DNA of 64,000 bases from NCBI RefSeq assembly GCF_006345805.1, contig NC_043015.1, positions 7,254,001 to 7,318,000 of the forward strand. The letters run 5' to 3'. The DNA is from Octopus sinensis (lineage: Eukaryota). The position numbers and the translations under genes were made by a program. Of the stretch, positions 12,371-26,060 are shown one piece after another (the first letter of the stretch is position 1; every line of letters starts with the position of its first letter). The notes beneath the pieces are model-generated. The model was not told where the DNA came from, made no database searches, and saw nothing but the letters and a program-made list of their open reading frames with translations.

Positions 12371-13199
12371 GAGAGATCTATCTTGGAGAATCTGATATGC
12401 TGATCCCACTATAATTTTCACTTCAGCATTCTTAATTCCTTCGAATTCTACGTATCGGAAGAATCAGAAAGGAAACCTTCATTAACGCTTATAATTTCAT
12501 ACCAATTCCTCTGTTTTACTTTTGCAGGCATTTGAATCATTGGACTACGGCCAATGTGGAGTACATTTTTCTATGAGGCTACTCGACGCAATATATCTCA
12601 GAAATTATCTTACCTAACCGGTAATTTTGGGTTCGCAATCAAATCAAAAGACGGTGATACAAGAAAATATACAAGATTAGATATATAAGATATACAACAA
12701 GCACAAGAATAACGTCCTTATTTGTTAATCATTCAGTTATATAAAGCAGTGAAATAAACACAAAATAGATATGAAACAGGCAAAATAGTCTACTGTCGCC
12801 TTGACAGAAAATGAATCATGTTTCTCAAGAGGACAAAGAGAAAATATATCGGATAAGTGAGAAAGGAAGCGATTATAGGTGTGCTTTCTCAAAGCAAATA
12901 TGGACCTAAATAGCCACAAAATCTAGCATAAGTCTGTTATACAGATTTATCATAACATTTGTTCTCCTACATAAGTATAAGTGCACGTGTACTTATGCAT
13001 GTGTTGTTTAATATGTACATCAGAATTGGTGGTGTGTTTTTTGCTTGTAATTGTATATAGAGGTTAGTATATGGACGGCTTTTCAAATGTGAATTTCTCA
13101 CCTCTATCATATAGGTTAACACACATCATATTGAAATACATACAATTACACACAACACGCACATATATATATGCATGTGTGATATTTGTGTATGTATAT

Positions 13200-13543
13200 A
13201 TTATATATATATATAAACATGTAACTTTATATATGTATATATATATATATATACATTATATATATATAAAAATGTAACTTGGTATATATATATATATATA
13301 CATATATAAACATGTAACTTGTGTATATAGAGATATATATATATACATATATATATATATAACATGTAACTTGTATATATATATATATATATGAACATGT
13401 AACTTTATATAGATATATATATATATATATATATAAACATGTAACTTAATAATATATATATATATATATTATATATATAACATGTAACTTTATATCTATA
13501 TATATAGATATATATATATATATAAACATTAACTTTATATATA

Positions 13544-13585
<42 letters not shown>

Positions 13586-13658
13586 AACATGGAACTTTAT
13601 ATATATTATAATATATAATATATATATATATATAGATATATATATATATGAACATGTA

Positions 13659-13694
<36 letters not shown>

Positions 13695-13700
13695 GTACTT

Positions 13701-13733
<33 letters not shown>

Positions 13734-13743
13734 TGAGCATGTA

Positions 13744-13789
<46 letters not shown>

Positions 13790-13810
13790 GAACATGTAAC
13801 TTTATATATC

Positions 13811-13850
<40 letters not shown>

Positions 13851-13913
13851 CATGTAACTTTATATATATATATATATATATATATGAACATGTAACTTTA
13901 TATATATACATGT

Positions 13914-13950
<37 letters not shown>

Positions 13951-13962
13951 ATATATACATGA

Positions 13963-13997
<35 letters not shown>

Positions 13998-14060
13998 TAA
14001 CTTTATATATATATTATATATATTATATATATATATTATATATATATATGTACATAAACA
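13200..14060. repeat. (TA)n-spaced minisatellite with AACATGTAACTTTA anchor
   Basis: Roughly 20 recurrences of AACATGTAACTT or close variants, separated by variable-length TA runs. Confidence 0.9.
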
Positions 14061-14785
14061 TATGTATATAAATATGTATATATGTCATATATAAATTGTA
14101 TCTAAATATGTATATTGTACATATATCATATGTATATAAATATGTAATATATGTATGTATGCATGTGTGCGTATAAGCATTTGTGTCTTTTACCCAATAT
14201 ATTTTCTCCAATCAACGTATATTGACGTCAGATTCTTTGAACATTTTGTAAATTGTTCTTTTTTCATCTCTTTTAAATTTATATTAATAACTTTCGTAAT
14301 ATGTCAGATATTTGTTGTTACGTCTTGTGTTTGAAATATGCATTAATATAACTCTACTAGACGTAAGATATTTTCTTCGTAATTAAACTACATCTAATTT
14401 TAGTTTTATATTTTAACATCACATTTCCTTGATCGCATGTCAGAGATAATAGAAAATTGAACATATTGTTTAGGATATGAAAAGTAAAGATTAAAAAAAT
14501 CACAATTTCACTTATTAAAATGCAGATTTCATTTTGCTTTCAGTTATTAATTTAAATAAATGTATTTAAGATTTCAAGTTTTATAACTCACTTTCTTTCA
14601 ATACGTACAAGTTTATAATCAGTGAAAGAGGAATACGCCTATACAGATATGAAACTTTTGAAAAATACTAAAGCCACAAGAAAATGATCGTGTCTCTACT
14701 TATAATATCTAAGATGTAGATCTGACAGAAATAATCTAATTATTTTACACACTTATCTGAAGTCGTTTTAACATGAAATCCTATA

Positions 14786-14843
<58 letters not shown>

Positions 14844-15800
14844 GTATATCTATTTATTTATATATGTATGTATGTATCTATGTATGTATATATGTATGTA
14901 TAAACGCTTTGGTGCTCTTAAACGTGGACAGTTAGATGACCTCTAGGAAGCCATTAAAAGAAAAATTGCTTTACAAGACTAAATATATCGTTGTGGGACA
15001 CGCAAATTCTCGCAGATTACAACGCCTTTGATAACATATCTGCCCAGTTGTGGATGGCCACTTAAGATTGTAGATAAAAGTAAACAAGAACATGAAGCAT
15101 AACAAAAATAAAACACATATGATAACATGACAATATACTGATGACAAAGAACCGATTTGTGTGGAGTTATCTATGTTTAATTTTCGTTAACCTGTCTTTG
15201 AGAACTGATATTCAGGATGTTCCGTGGAGGACTATTTACATCGGTGGTTTGAATTGAGTTTCAACGAAATACAGATGATCAAAAACAGTAGCTCTAAATG
15301 CAATTGATCGAAGTAACATTTGCTGTAGATAAAAAATTAATCGAATTTCAGCAAATATTCAAAATAGAGAAAATAAACTAATTCAAATAATTTATACGTG
15401 TTAGTCTGTTATACAATGGCGTAGAATTTTAAAACCGGTGTAGTGTATGTTTTTTTGTAACTTGATCAAAATATGTTGTAATTCAATGAACATCTGAAAC
15501 GCTATGTACCTTATACGAAGAAATTAGCATTTCAACAAAACAATAACAATTTGCGTTATAACTTCATTTAATTGGCAACAATTCATGCATGCATTTGTGC
15601 CATATTTATGCTTACATGCGCACTGTACAGTATGTGCATTGTACATACGTATTGTACAAGCACACACACACGCATACAATAACAGTTACCCCCCCCCCCC
15701 ATACACACAATATAGAATATACAGAAGCTCTTATGCTTCAATAAATCAATGTATTATATATAACGATATTTAAATCTTACATATGTATATATATATATAT

Positions 15801-16030
15801 ATTTCTTTACTACCCACAAGGGGCTAAACACAGAGGGGACAGACAAGGACAGGCAAACGTATTAAGTCGATTATATCGACTCCAGTGCGTAACTGGTACT
15901 TAATTTATCGACCCCGAAAGGATGAAAGGCAAAGTCGACCTCGGCGGAATTTGAACTCAGAACGTAACGGCAGACGAAATACGACTACGCATTTCGCCCG
16001 GCGTGCTAACGTTTCTGCCATCTCGCCGCC
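15801..16030 (-). mobile_element. SINE family A, full length
   Basis: Reverse complement of GGCGGCGAGATGGCAGAAACGTTAGCACGCCGGGCG...GTAAAGAAATA. Confidence 0.92.
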
Positions 16031-16082
16031 TTTATATATATACATACATACATACACACATACATACATGCATATATATATA

Positions 16083-16235
16083 TAGGGAGAATTCACAAAA
16101 AATAAAACAAAATATGAAGACAGGTGGTGTAGAAAACAAACAGATGTACTAGTATAACGCTCGGAAATTGTCTTTAACGTTTCGAGCCTTTGCTCTTCCA
16201 CAGAAAGGAACACAGAAAGAATCAAGGAGAGACAC
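16083..16235 (-). mobile_element. Penelope-like terminal-repeat fragment with degenerate hammerhead motif
   Basis: Minus strand reads CTTT-CTGTGGA-A-GAGC(AAAG)GCTC-GAAACGTT-AAAG; a related flank occurs at ~50440-50505. PLE assignment is inferred from the hammerhead layout. Confidence 0.55.
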
Positions 16236-16979
16236 ACATAGATACATATACATATATTTCATATAATCCGATTATTTGATGACAGCGTTAAATGTTATTT
16301 CATTTAATTGTTTTTCCCTGAACCGTTTTCGACAATATGTAACTCGATGACATTTTATTATCCATATCACCACCCTTTTGGTTCTGGGCGCTTCTTGTAT
16401 TTGCATAACAGCATCACGATTTTTTTGGTTGGTTTCCTTGTAGACCTATATGCCAGATAAACTCACCGTTAATCTCATATTATCAACTTCTGATAAATAT
16501 TCTAGGTGAGATCTGCATTATAGAGCGATAAAATCTACGTGAAATGCTGACCAGCATATATCACACACACAATTATCTATTAAAGAACGAGACTTTGTAC
16601 AATATAGTCTGATTATATGAGCTGGAGCAAAAAAGAAAAACAAACGTGATGTTGAAGAACGGAGAGTCGAAGGTCGGATATCAGCTGGTTTAGTTCTAAC
16701 ATAGGTCAACATCAACAAGCGAAATTCAATTTTTTTTATTGATTTATGAAGTATATATTTTGTATATAGAACAATTTTTCACCAACTGTGACAAAATAAG
16801 TTCACGAATCATAGAATTCCTAAAATGATATCACGAACAGCTGATGGATTATCCCTCTTAGGATAATCTATCAGGAAAAAGATTTTGTCTGTTGTAACGT
16901 TGAGAGTGGCTTAATCAATAGTAATGCGAAAACAACAGAGTGGCCAGCATGTGCCTGTGGTCACATCTCTCTCCTTATT

Positions 16980-17011
<32 letters not shown>

Positions 17012-17063
17012 GTATATATATATATATAATATATATACATATATATATATGCATGTATGTATG

Positions 17064-17110
<47 letters not shown>

Positions 17111-17132
17111 GCATGTATGTATGTATGTGTAT

Positions 17133-17170
<38 letters not shown>

Positions 17171-17399
17171 CTGCGTTAAATGTAGAAACAGTGAAAAGAG
17201 AAAATTCTGTAAACAGTTAAAGTAATAATAAGCTTAAAGCTTATAAGCGTTCACTTTATGAAAATAGAATAATATTGGACAATATAAGACCTGGACAGTA
17301 AAAGTGCGTATTAGAACGCGTGGGAATTGATTTTACACTTCTTATATTCTCGATAAGTTTGCTGCAAATACATATATACATATATGTATGTATGTCCGT

Positions 17400-17652
17400 T
17401 ATTGTTATTAATATCAATATCAGTGTTAATACTAATATTAATATCCTCATCATTATTATTATTAATATTAATATCATCATCATCATTATCATTAATATTA
17501 ATATCATCATAATTATTAATATTAATATCATCATCATCATTATTATTAATATTAATATCATTATTATTATTATTACTATTATCATTCACATCAGTAATAT
17601 TATTGTTATCATCATCATCATCATCATCAACATTATTATTATTATTATTATT
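17400..17652. repeat. (ATC)n/(ATT)n compound repeat with recurring ATTAATATTAAT unit
   Basis: Direct inspection. Confidence 0.9.
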
Positions 17653-18202
17653 GAGTGAGAGAGCAGTGAATGCCATCAAAGTGACACTGGGGTAAAATAT
17701 ACGAAGCCCAGTGTAGCCATCATGACTACCGGTCCGATAAGGGTACACCATGCACATGCATCACAGCCATATGTGCGCGAGGTGGTGATCTCATATAACG
17801 ATAAACAGAGCTTGACCTTGAAGGTGAGGCCTAGTTAGATTTTCTTCAGGTCGAGTAGCCTATCCCGCTCAAATGGTCCCTGAATAAGGGTTGTTTAATG
17901 ATGTTGAAGGAAACACCTGTTTCCAAAGATGGATTATCCAAACCCCAAAGAATTCCTCTCAAAACATGGCTATAATGCTCCCCCACTACTTCTGCTCATG
18001 ATTAGTGATGCACATATCGTCAGCCACTAAAGGCTACCCTCAAATGGTTAAAGTCAAACAGTTGACAGCAGATCCGTGGTATTGAGTAGAATATTTGCTG
18101 TAGCCCATCTTTTATACCAAGACAAAACGATGTACATGATAACACTTCCAATCAGGTAAGATGAGAAGCCGCTAGAGCTACTACCTGTTACTGCATCAGG
18201 GC
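17653..18202 (-). mobile_element. ~540-bp interspersed element with (AAT)n tail, in an AAT tract
   Basis: Collinear with 41319-41839 in reverse; same 5' start GCCCTGATGCAGTAACAG and 3' end CTCTC(T/G)CACTC(AAT)n. Confidence 0.85.
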
Positions 18203-18923
18203 ATTTATTATTATCCTCATTAGTATTATTATTATTTAAAGCTGTTTGGTTCGGTGATTTATACAGAATTTTAGCTCATTCAACCTCAGATTATGGACGT
18301 CCAGGATAGATGATGGAAAATGGGCCGGTACTGGTCAAGGCACGTCATATGATGTTGTTAGAGTAAGATCGACGATCCAGCAACGACAGCTCCATTAGGA
18401 AGGGAGCCATGTGGCTGGAGAGGAAGGTGGTCGTGTCTATTTTTATTGGGGTCGACACATACATATACACACAAACACACGCAAAAAACCAATAATGTAC
18501 CCACTCACGTATTCGTTCATCTACTATACACACATAAACTTATGTGCGTGTGTGTATACATTAAACACCCCACCACACACACACAATCTCATTCCTACAG
18601 CCTTTACCCAGATACTTAGACACCACTAGATTCCTATCCAGTCATGCAATCCAAGAGATTCCCTTGCCTAATGGAACTGCTGTCGCTGGTCGTTGATCTT
18701 ACGCTGACATCATCTGACTCGCTTTGACCAATAACAACCTACTCTTTTTTAGACTTCCTGGGATCCTCCATTCAGTTATCTGAGCCTGAACAAGTTAAGC
18801 TTCTGTATGAAGCCAGCGAAAATATAAGTAGCAGAGAACCGAACCAGACTGTTTTAAATAATAATACATGTAACTAATACTAAATAAGAAGGGACCCTTT
18901 TCTTTCGTTTGTCCGCTCAATCG

Positions 18924-18958
<35 letters not shown>

Positions 18959-20559
18959 GCATATATATATATTATATATATATATACACGTATGTAATTG
19001 CTTAGTATGCTGATCAATAAATGTGTAGCCTGCTTAAGTATACATTTCAGTGTCATTGGTTCGTAGGATCTTTAGAACACCGAACAAATGCCTTACAATG
19101 TTTGTTCCTACTCTTTACGTTCTGAGTTTAGATTCCTGCGAAAGTCAAATCTGTCTTTCATTTTTCTGAATTTAATAAATTTAAATAGCATTTAAGTATC
19201 CTTGTTCCTTTAACTGAGTGGCAATCTATCTTAACCAGCATCTGCCATGATAGATTTGAACTGAAATTCCCATCCAATGATGTAGCTCTGGCGGGAGCTA
19301 AAATGTTACACAGGCTGGTTTATATTGCCGTAACGTAGATCTTATCTATCTCAAACTCATTATATTACAGCCAACGTAGGGAACACAAAGTTCCTCATTC
19401 ACTGGTATAAGCTGTATTGATAGCTACTAAGAGTGGACCAATTGAAAGTATACTGCAAAAGAAAAGGAAAAGCACAAGCAATTTACAAGCCTCGTAGCAC
19501 CACATAAAACTAAATATTTAGTTATTATAATAATTATTATAATTTATTGTTCATTGATCAATTTCGATATAGTAATTACAAGTCTCGTTTTTAATATCAA
19601 ACTTATATATTTTCTTATCTGTCTTGCAATAATTAAAGTTTCCGCTGATATATGTGTTGATGTATATTTGATTTGAACATTATGTAGCCAGGATCCAACG
19701 TTGTTACCGATAATTATCTGTCTAGATATTACTGTATATAACAATTACATAACTTGAAGTTTCAATTTGAAGGGGGACGTTTTACGCCAAGATGATATGT
19801 CAGAGATACACAACATAAAACAAGCAAGGACATTAGCATTATTTGAAATGCTTAATTGGTTTTGGAACTCAACAATAATACTCACACACAAACAGTATCT
19901 CACTATGTTCCCCCCAATATTACCCTTACGAATACATGGACATACACACATATGTATATAATAAACAAATATACAAATTATAGTCATAACGAAACTAAAT
20001 ATCTGCGTATATAATTTATGCTAAATTATAAACAAACAAATGATTTATAGATTTTGTTTTTGCATCCCAGTTCACAAATAACTTCATCATTGATGTTGAA
20101 ATTACTATAAAGGTTCAAGCATTATATTTGACCGTAACCGATATCCTTATCTATTTGCTATCACGCTCATCGATTATACATATTGGAATAATTTGAAAGA
20201 ATTGATTGAAACTAATTATCAGGCAAAGATTGTGACAACAAAAATAGATCGCGTGTACTAATATCAGATACTGAAGCTTTGGATAGCAAATTTGCCTGCT
20301 CTTAACTCATGCTCACTAGCTATCGCAATGAATTTGCAAATAAAACTAGAGGGTAGTTTCAAAATAAATATCGGATGGATATTATTTGTATGTCCTGTTG
20401 TAACATTTAATCTATCAGATGACATGAAACACACTCCTAATCGAGTGATCACCGTGACCGACCAGGCTATGAGATGTTGCTACATATCGCTGTCCACAAT
20501 GCGCTTCGCATTGTTTTAGCCTTCAAATGACGCCACCCCGCTGGCTAAGCGTGCAGGCC

Positions 20560-20749
20560 AACAGAAGAAAGAGTGAGAGAAATTTGTGGCGAAAGAATAC
20601 AGTAGGGATCGCTACTACCCACTGCCGGAACCTCGTGAAGCTTTTTAGGTGTTTTCGCTCAATAAACACTCACAATGCCCGGTCTACAACGCCCGGTCTA
20701 GCGGAAACCGCGAGTCCGCTACCCTAACCACTAGGCCATTGCGCCTCCA
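20560..20749 (-). mobile_element. SINE family C, partial
   Basis: Matches the head region of 35861-36240 (…GAGTCCGCTACCCTAACCACTAGGCCATTGCGCCTCCA). Confidence 0.85.
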
Positions 20750-21589
20750 ATCGAGTGATAAGAAAATATATAATAAAAGGTGAAACTTTTCTAAACAGAA
20801 TTATACAAGACAATAAGAAGTGGTAGTAGCACGGTTCAACAGCGACCATATTTTAGCATGCTTTATAAAGTGCTACCACTATTTGTGGAAAGTCTCATGG
20901 TTACTTTAAAAACCATGAGATGCATAATTTCTTTACAAATTGTATTTTCTAGCAAAGGTTTTATACATGACGGGACGTAAATTCTATGGAAAAAATGCTA
21001 ATTTACTTCCCGTTGCCTTTCAATTGTGACTATGTTATTACAATTTGCTTTAATCTTTCAGTTATATTGGAAACTTTGTTTTTAAATTGGTTATTCTCGT
21101 AAACGTCTATTTCTTGGAACTGTGTAAAATCCATGTTAGTAATAAAAAGGCACAATTTTTGAAGATAACGTCTTAGAAAGCTATATGATTTACAAGATAT
21201 TTGTCACCTCTCCTAAATTGTGAGGTGTTATCCATTTGCTTTTATTTGCGTGTTAAATGATAAATACGAAATAGAGTTTTCGATGAAAAAATACTGGTTC
21301 ATTTCTTTTCGATTTTCTATTATTGTGTGAATAAAATTATTGAAACATTCCTGAAAGAATGATTTAAACGGAAGAAGGATGAAGCAATCATAAAAATTTG
21401 AACAAAATAGAAAATTCAGGCTTTCAATAACGTTTAATAGTTAACATTATAGGCAATATGGTAGTGCTTTACCATTCTTTAAAACGTCATATATATATTT
21501 TTCTAATAGAGCAATGTGAATTTTTCTAATAGAAAAATGTACGTTTTTGAAGTCTTTATATCACAGTTAACTCTTTAAAAAAATTATAT

Positions 21590-22800
21590 ACAAGGTGCAT
21601 TCCAGACGTGTGGAGAAAATTTCAAGAAAGGAATAAGAAAAACTCTAATCTAATGTAGGATCCTTTGACATCAGTGCACATGGGGCACTCTAGCGACTTC
21701 TTGAAGGCCACGTGTAAGTCCATCTAACTGAACATGTCCACGACCCTTATCACAGCTACCTCCATCTTCTCATCACTTTCAAAACGACTGCTCTTGTGGT
21801 TCACCAACAACTCGGGGGACAAGCAAAAGTCACAGGGAAAAGGTTTGGACTCTAGGGAGGGTGTAGAAGAATTTCGATGCTCATCTTTTTCAAGTAGTTT
21901 TTTAACAGGATGGGAATGTGGACTAGTGCGTTGTCTTGATGCAGATACCTCTGTCCCGAGTGAGTGGAAAATCTGGGCTATTGCTATGAACTTCCTCAAA
22001 ATCTTTACAGATTATACAGTATTGACTGTGTGGCAAGAGGAATCCCTGCATATGCAGTCAATTTTCTTGCTGTTGAAAAAACGGTATTATCGTGAACTCC
22101 CTAGCAGATTTGTTTTTCCCTGGATTTCATGGTTCTGGAGTAGCCGAAATGCTTCCACTGGACACTCTATTTTTAGGTTTCCAGATAATAACAGTAAATC
22201 CAGCTTTTGCTTCAGGTCACCAGAAACTTTATTGCTCTTAAATTGAAGCTTATCGGCTCATCCATCTCGTTACTGTTACTAACGCGTCTTTCTTTTTGTT
22301 CGTCACTGAGCACTTTGTAAACAAGCTTTGCACAAATTGTGTACATGTTTTCTGTGTACAGTTGTCACACCAACTCCACAGCACGCTTATTGTCTTTATA
22401 GAAGCATAACGGTCTTCATCCAGGAAATTGCGAATATTCTCAACCAGTTCTTATTTTCTTCTCTCTCCAATACTTCACATCTTCTCTACTGTCCTTGGAA
22501 CTCTTGTAACAGACAAAAACATATGTCCGGTTCATACAAGTTAGTCCATAATCAAGTTAGAACATTTCATAAAACCTCCATAGCATATTTGCTTAGTTTA
22601 ACACAACGCATTATTGTCCAGAGAGCTACTACAACCGTCTTCTTTAATCTGGGATATAAATCTGGCTGGTCAGCTTATTTGATGTACAATAATGATATCC
22701 TAAAATTACAATAATCTAAGTCAGATATAATTGCTTCTCGTAAAACATCTCCAACCTTCTCGAATACACATCATAAATAAAATAAATGTTACACCTTTAA
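21590..22800 (-). mobile_element. Decayed mariner transposon
   Basis: Minus-strand peptides LDEDRYASIKTI, VSGD, WIYCYYLET*K*SVQWKH, PHSHPVKKLLEK, PCDF and RFESDEKMEVAV follow mariner transposase motif order; many stops; TIRs barely recognisable. Confidence 0.85.
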
Positions 22801-23019
22801 TATATTATGTCTTCTATTTAATTTCTTAGTTTATCACTCGTCTTTTGAATAATTCTATTTACAGAATTTACTGGTCTACAAATGTGTAAATATCACAAAA
22901 GCAACTAAGACGGGAGGACGGCAGCAGTAAAGGTCATCATCAACTTGTTACTCTATGTATATGCGATGACAATTGTAAGCTTGTTTATATAAGTAACTTT
23001 GTATACATACAAACATGAT

Positions 23020-23736
23020 GGCATTCCACTAGTGACCGAGGAAGACCAGTGCAGACATTTAGGAACATTGTGCGCTCTAGGACTAACTTATATTTTGCAT
23101 TTGAGGCTCCGTTTGTGGCTAATGAGCCCTGTTCTTGACAAGCCTACACGACTGCATATCACATGCCTTTAATGAGCACTTGACACAGTCCTTAAATCGC
23201 AGCCTTAGTTTCTGCCGGAATCCCTTTCCATTAACATGTAACCCATATATGTAAAGCGGCAATGTCACACTTGAGTAAAGGAATGATGTCAGTATACATA
23301 CACGGTACGCAGCAATTTTTGTTTTCTGTGTAATGCCATACTGGGATCAGACACGAGACTGAAGAGACCGGAAGGAATCAGTTGCTCTCTGCAGCCGCAA
23401 AGATATTTTATCATCCAGGGAGCAAGAACAGCTGAGTATGCTGGTCAGGTAGACAAACTTTCAGAATTGTTCCTTCCACCAAGATAGCTGGTTCCACATA
23501 GGGGTTTCCTGGTGCAGGCTGGAAAATTACAACAGTCTTGAACAGGTTAATGCTGAGACGAAATGCCTTGCAAGAAGCAGATATAACATTCATAAGTATT
23601 TCCATGCCATCCACTATATGAGTGACCAAGTCACAGTCATCTGCATAAAGGAGGTCACGAATAAGAGACTGGAAAACTTTTGAATTGGCAGCTAACTGGC
23701 CAAGACTGAAGAAGCGGCCAGACGATCGATAGCTGA
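23020..23736 (-). mobile_element. RTE-clade (BovB-like) LINE fragment, internally deleted
   Basis: YRSSGRFFSLGQLAANSKVFQSLIRDLLYADDCDLVTH...INLFKTVVIFQPAPGNPYVEPAI (RT YADD motif) and RLRFKDCVKCSLKAC. Confidence 0.9.
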
Positions 23737-24284
23737 CATACATACATACATACATACGCACATAATACATACATACATATATATATATATAAAGACTTCA
23801 CAAAGCAAGAAAGGAGAAAGCTGAGTCGAAGACTACAGATCCAAGCCAACGCTGGAACTGTAAAATCTGTAGAACTTGCTAGATGTTTATTATTCAAGTA
23901 TATCTGAGTATGTCTAGATATGCAAGTATATGCATGAGAAGACATGCATAAAACAAAACATACAAATCTGCACATATACAAACATACATACATACAAAAT
24001 AGTCTGTTGATGTTGTTGAAATTCAAATGAAGGAACCTTGGATTTAGGTTAGAAACCGATTCTTTCTCTATTGGCAAGAAATCTTGAAATAAAACTGAAT
24101 ACATACGTACGTACATACATACAGACACATATACATACATACGTAAATTTGTCTATATATATATATACATGCATAAACATTCACACACATATTATACATA
24201 ATATGAAATCAGAAGATAAAGGAACGCATCTAAAAGGGAGCAAACTGTTTGTTGTCCAATCCACTGCCATGAGAGTGTAAACTG

Positions 24285-24850
24285 CATGATCAGCACTTCT
24301 GAAGGCACCACCACTACTACCACCACTGTTACTACCACTACTGCTACTACTACTACTAAACATCATGATCAACACTTCTGCAGGCACCACGACCACGACC
24401 ACCACTATTACTACCACTACTACTACTGCTACAAAACAGCATGATCATCACTTCTGCAGGCACCACCACCACGACCACCACTGTTACTACCACTACTGCT
24501 ACTACTACTACAAAACATCATGATCAGCACTTCTGCAGGCACCACGACCACGACCACCACTGTTACTACCACTACTACTGCTACAAAACAGCATGATCAT
24601 CACTTCTGCAGGCACCACGACCACGACCACCACTATTACTACCACTACTACTACTACTAAACATCATGATCAGCACTTCTGCAGGCACCACGACCACGAC
24701 CACCACTATTACTACCACTACTACTACTACTACTAAACATCATGATCAACACTTCTGCAGGCACCACGACCACGACCACCACTACTACTACTACTAAACA
24801 TCATGATCAGCACTTCTGCAGGCACCACGACCACGACCGCCACTATTACT
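24285..24850. repeat. Minisatellite, 8 units of ~60-80 bp
   Basis: Anchor CATGATCA(G/A/T)CACTTCTG(C/A)AGGCACCAC followed by variable CAC/GAC/TAC triplets. Confidence 0.95.
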
Positions 24851-24952
24851 ACTACTATAACTACTAAAACTACTACTAGCACTAGCGGTAATAGCAGCAC
24901 TTGCTGCAGAAGTAGTGACAGTAGTAGCTGTAATGATGGTGAAGATATATAT

Positions 24953-24986
<34 letters not shown>

Positions 24987-25539
24987 ATATATATATATAT
25001 ATGAATGTGATGATATAATGATGATGTTGATAATAATAATAGTAACAACAACAACAATAATAATAATAATAATAATAATAGTAATAATAGTAATAATAGT
25101 AATAATAGTAATAATAACGACAACAACATTAGTAAAAATTTAAGCAATCATTTCATTAGAACGTGAAGAGAACTAGGCGGCAAATCTTCAATCGATTGTT
25201 TTACTCGTTCATCATTCGTAAGAGAAGGAACCAAAAAAAAAAAAAAGATGATAAAATAAAATAATTTGAGTCGAGTGAAGCAAACTTAATATACAATGCT
25301 CGTTATCCGCATTCCGCTGAGGTTTCTACAAAAGAAATAAAAAGTAATCCACACAAATTGTTAGTGCAAGTGATGGTAATATGTTTGATTGCAATGTGCT
25401 GAAAGTTCGTGAAGAATTAGGTAAGTCCCCAGTTGGGTAAAATTCGTAAGACTGACGCTCTTTCCTATTTCGAAACATTTTTACTGTTTTATTTTTCTAC
25501 GTTAACGACGCTGTGTTATAGCAAAAAATTGTCCGTACT

Positions 25540-26060
25540 ACTACTACTACTAATAGTAGTAATAGTAGTAGTAGTAATAGTAGTAATAGTAGCAGTAGTA
25601 GTAGTAGTAGTAGTAGCAGCAGTAGTAGCAGTAGTAGTGGTGGTGGTGGTGGTGATGATGGTGGTAGTAGCAGTGGTGGTGGTGGTGGTGGTAGTAGTAT
25701 GGTGGTGGTGGTAGTACTAGAGATGGTGGTGATGATGGTGATGATGGTGGTAGTAGTTGTGGTAGTAGTAGTAGTAGTAGCAGTAGTAGTGGTGGTGGTG
25801 GTAGTAGTAGTAGTGGTGTGGTGGTAGTAGTAGTAGTAGTGGTGGTGGTGGTAGTAGTAGTGGTGGTGGTGGTAGTACTAGAGATGGTGGTGATGATGGT
25901 GATAGTAGTAGTAGTGGTGGTGGTGGTAGTAGTTGTGGTAGTAGTAGTAGTAGTAGTAGTAGTGGTGATGGTGGTAGTGGTGATGATGGTGGTAGTAGTA
26001 GATGTGGTGGTTATAGTAGTAGTAGTAGTAGTAGTAGTAGTTGTTGCTGTTGTTGTTGTT
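25540..26060. repeat. (GTA)n/(GTG)n/(GAT)n trinucleotide array
   Basis: Direct inspection; internal duplication of GTAGTACTAGAGATGGTGGTGATGATGG at ~25711 and ~25872. Confidence 0.95.

Noticed and set aside
12528-12620. Plus-strand exon with a good acceptor and GTAATT donor
   Set aside because: Stops in all three frames, and the start resembles a decayed family B SINE tail.
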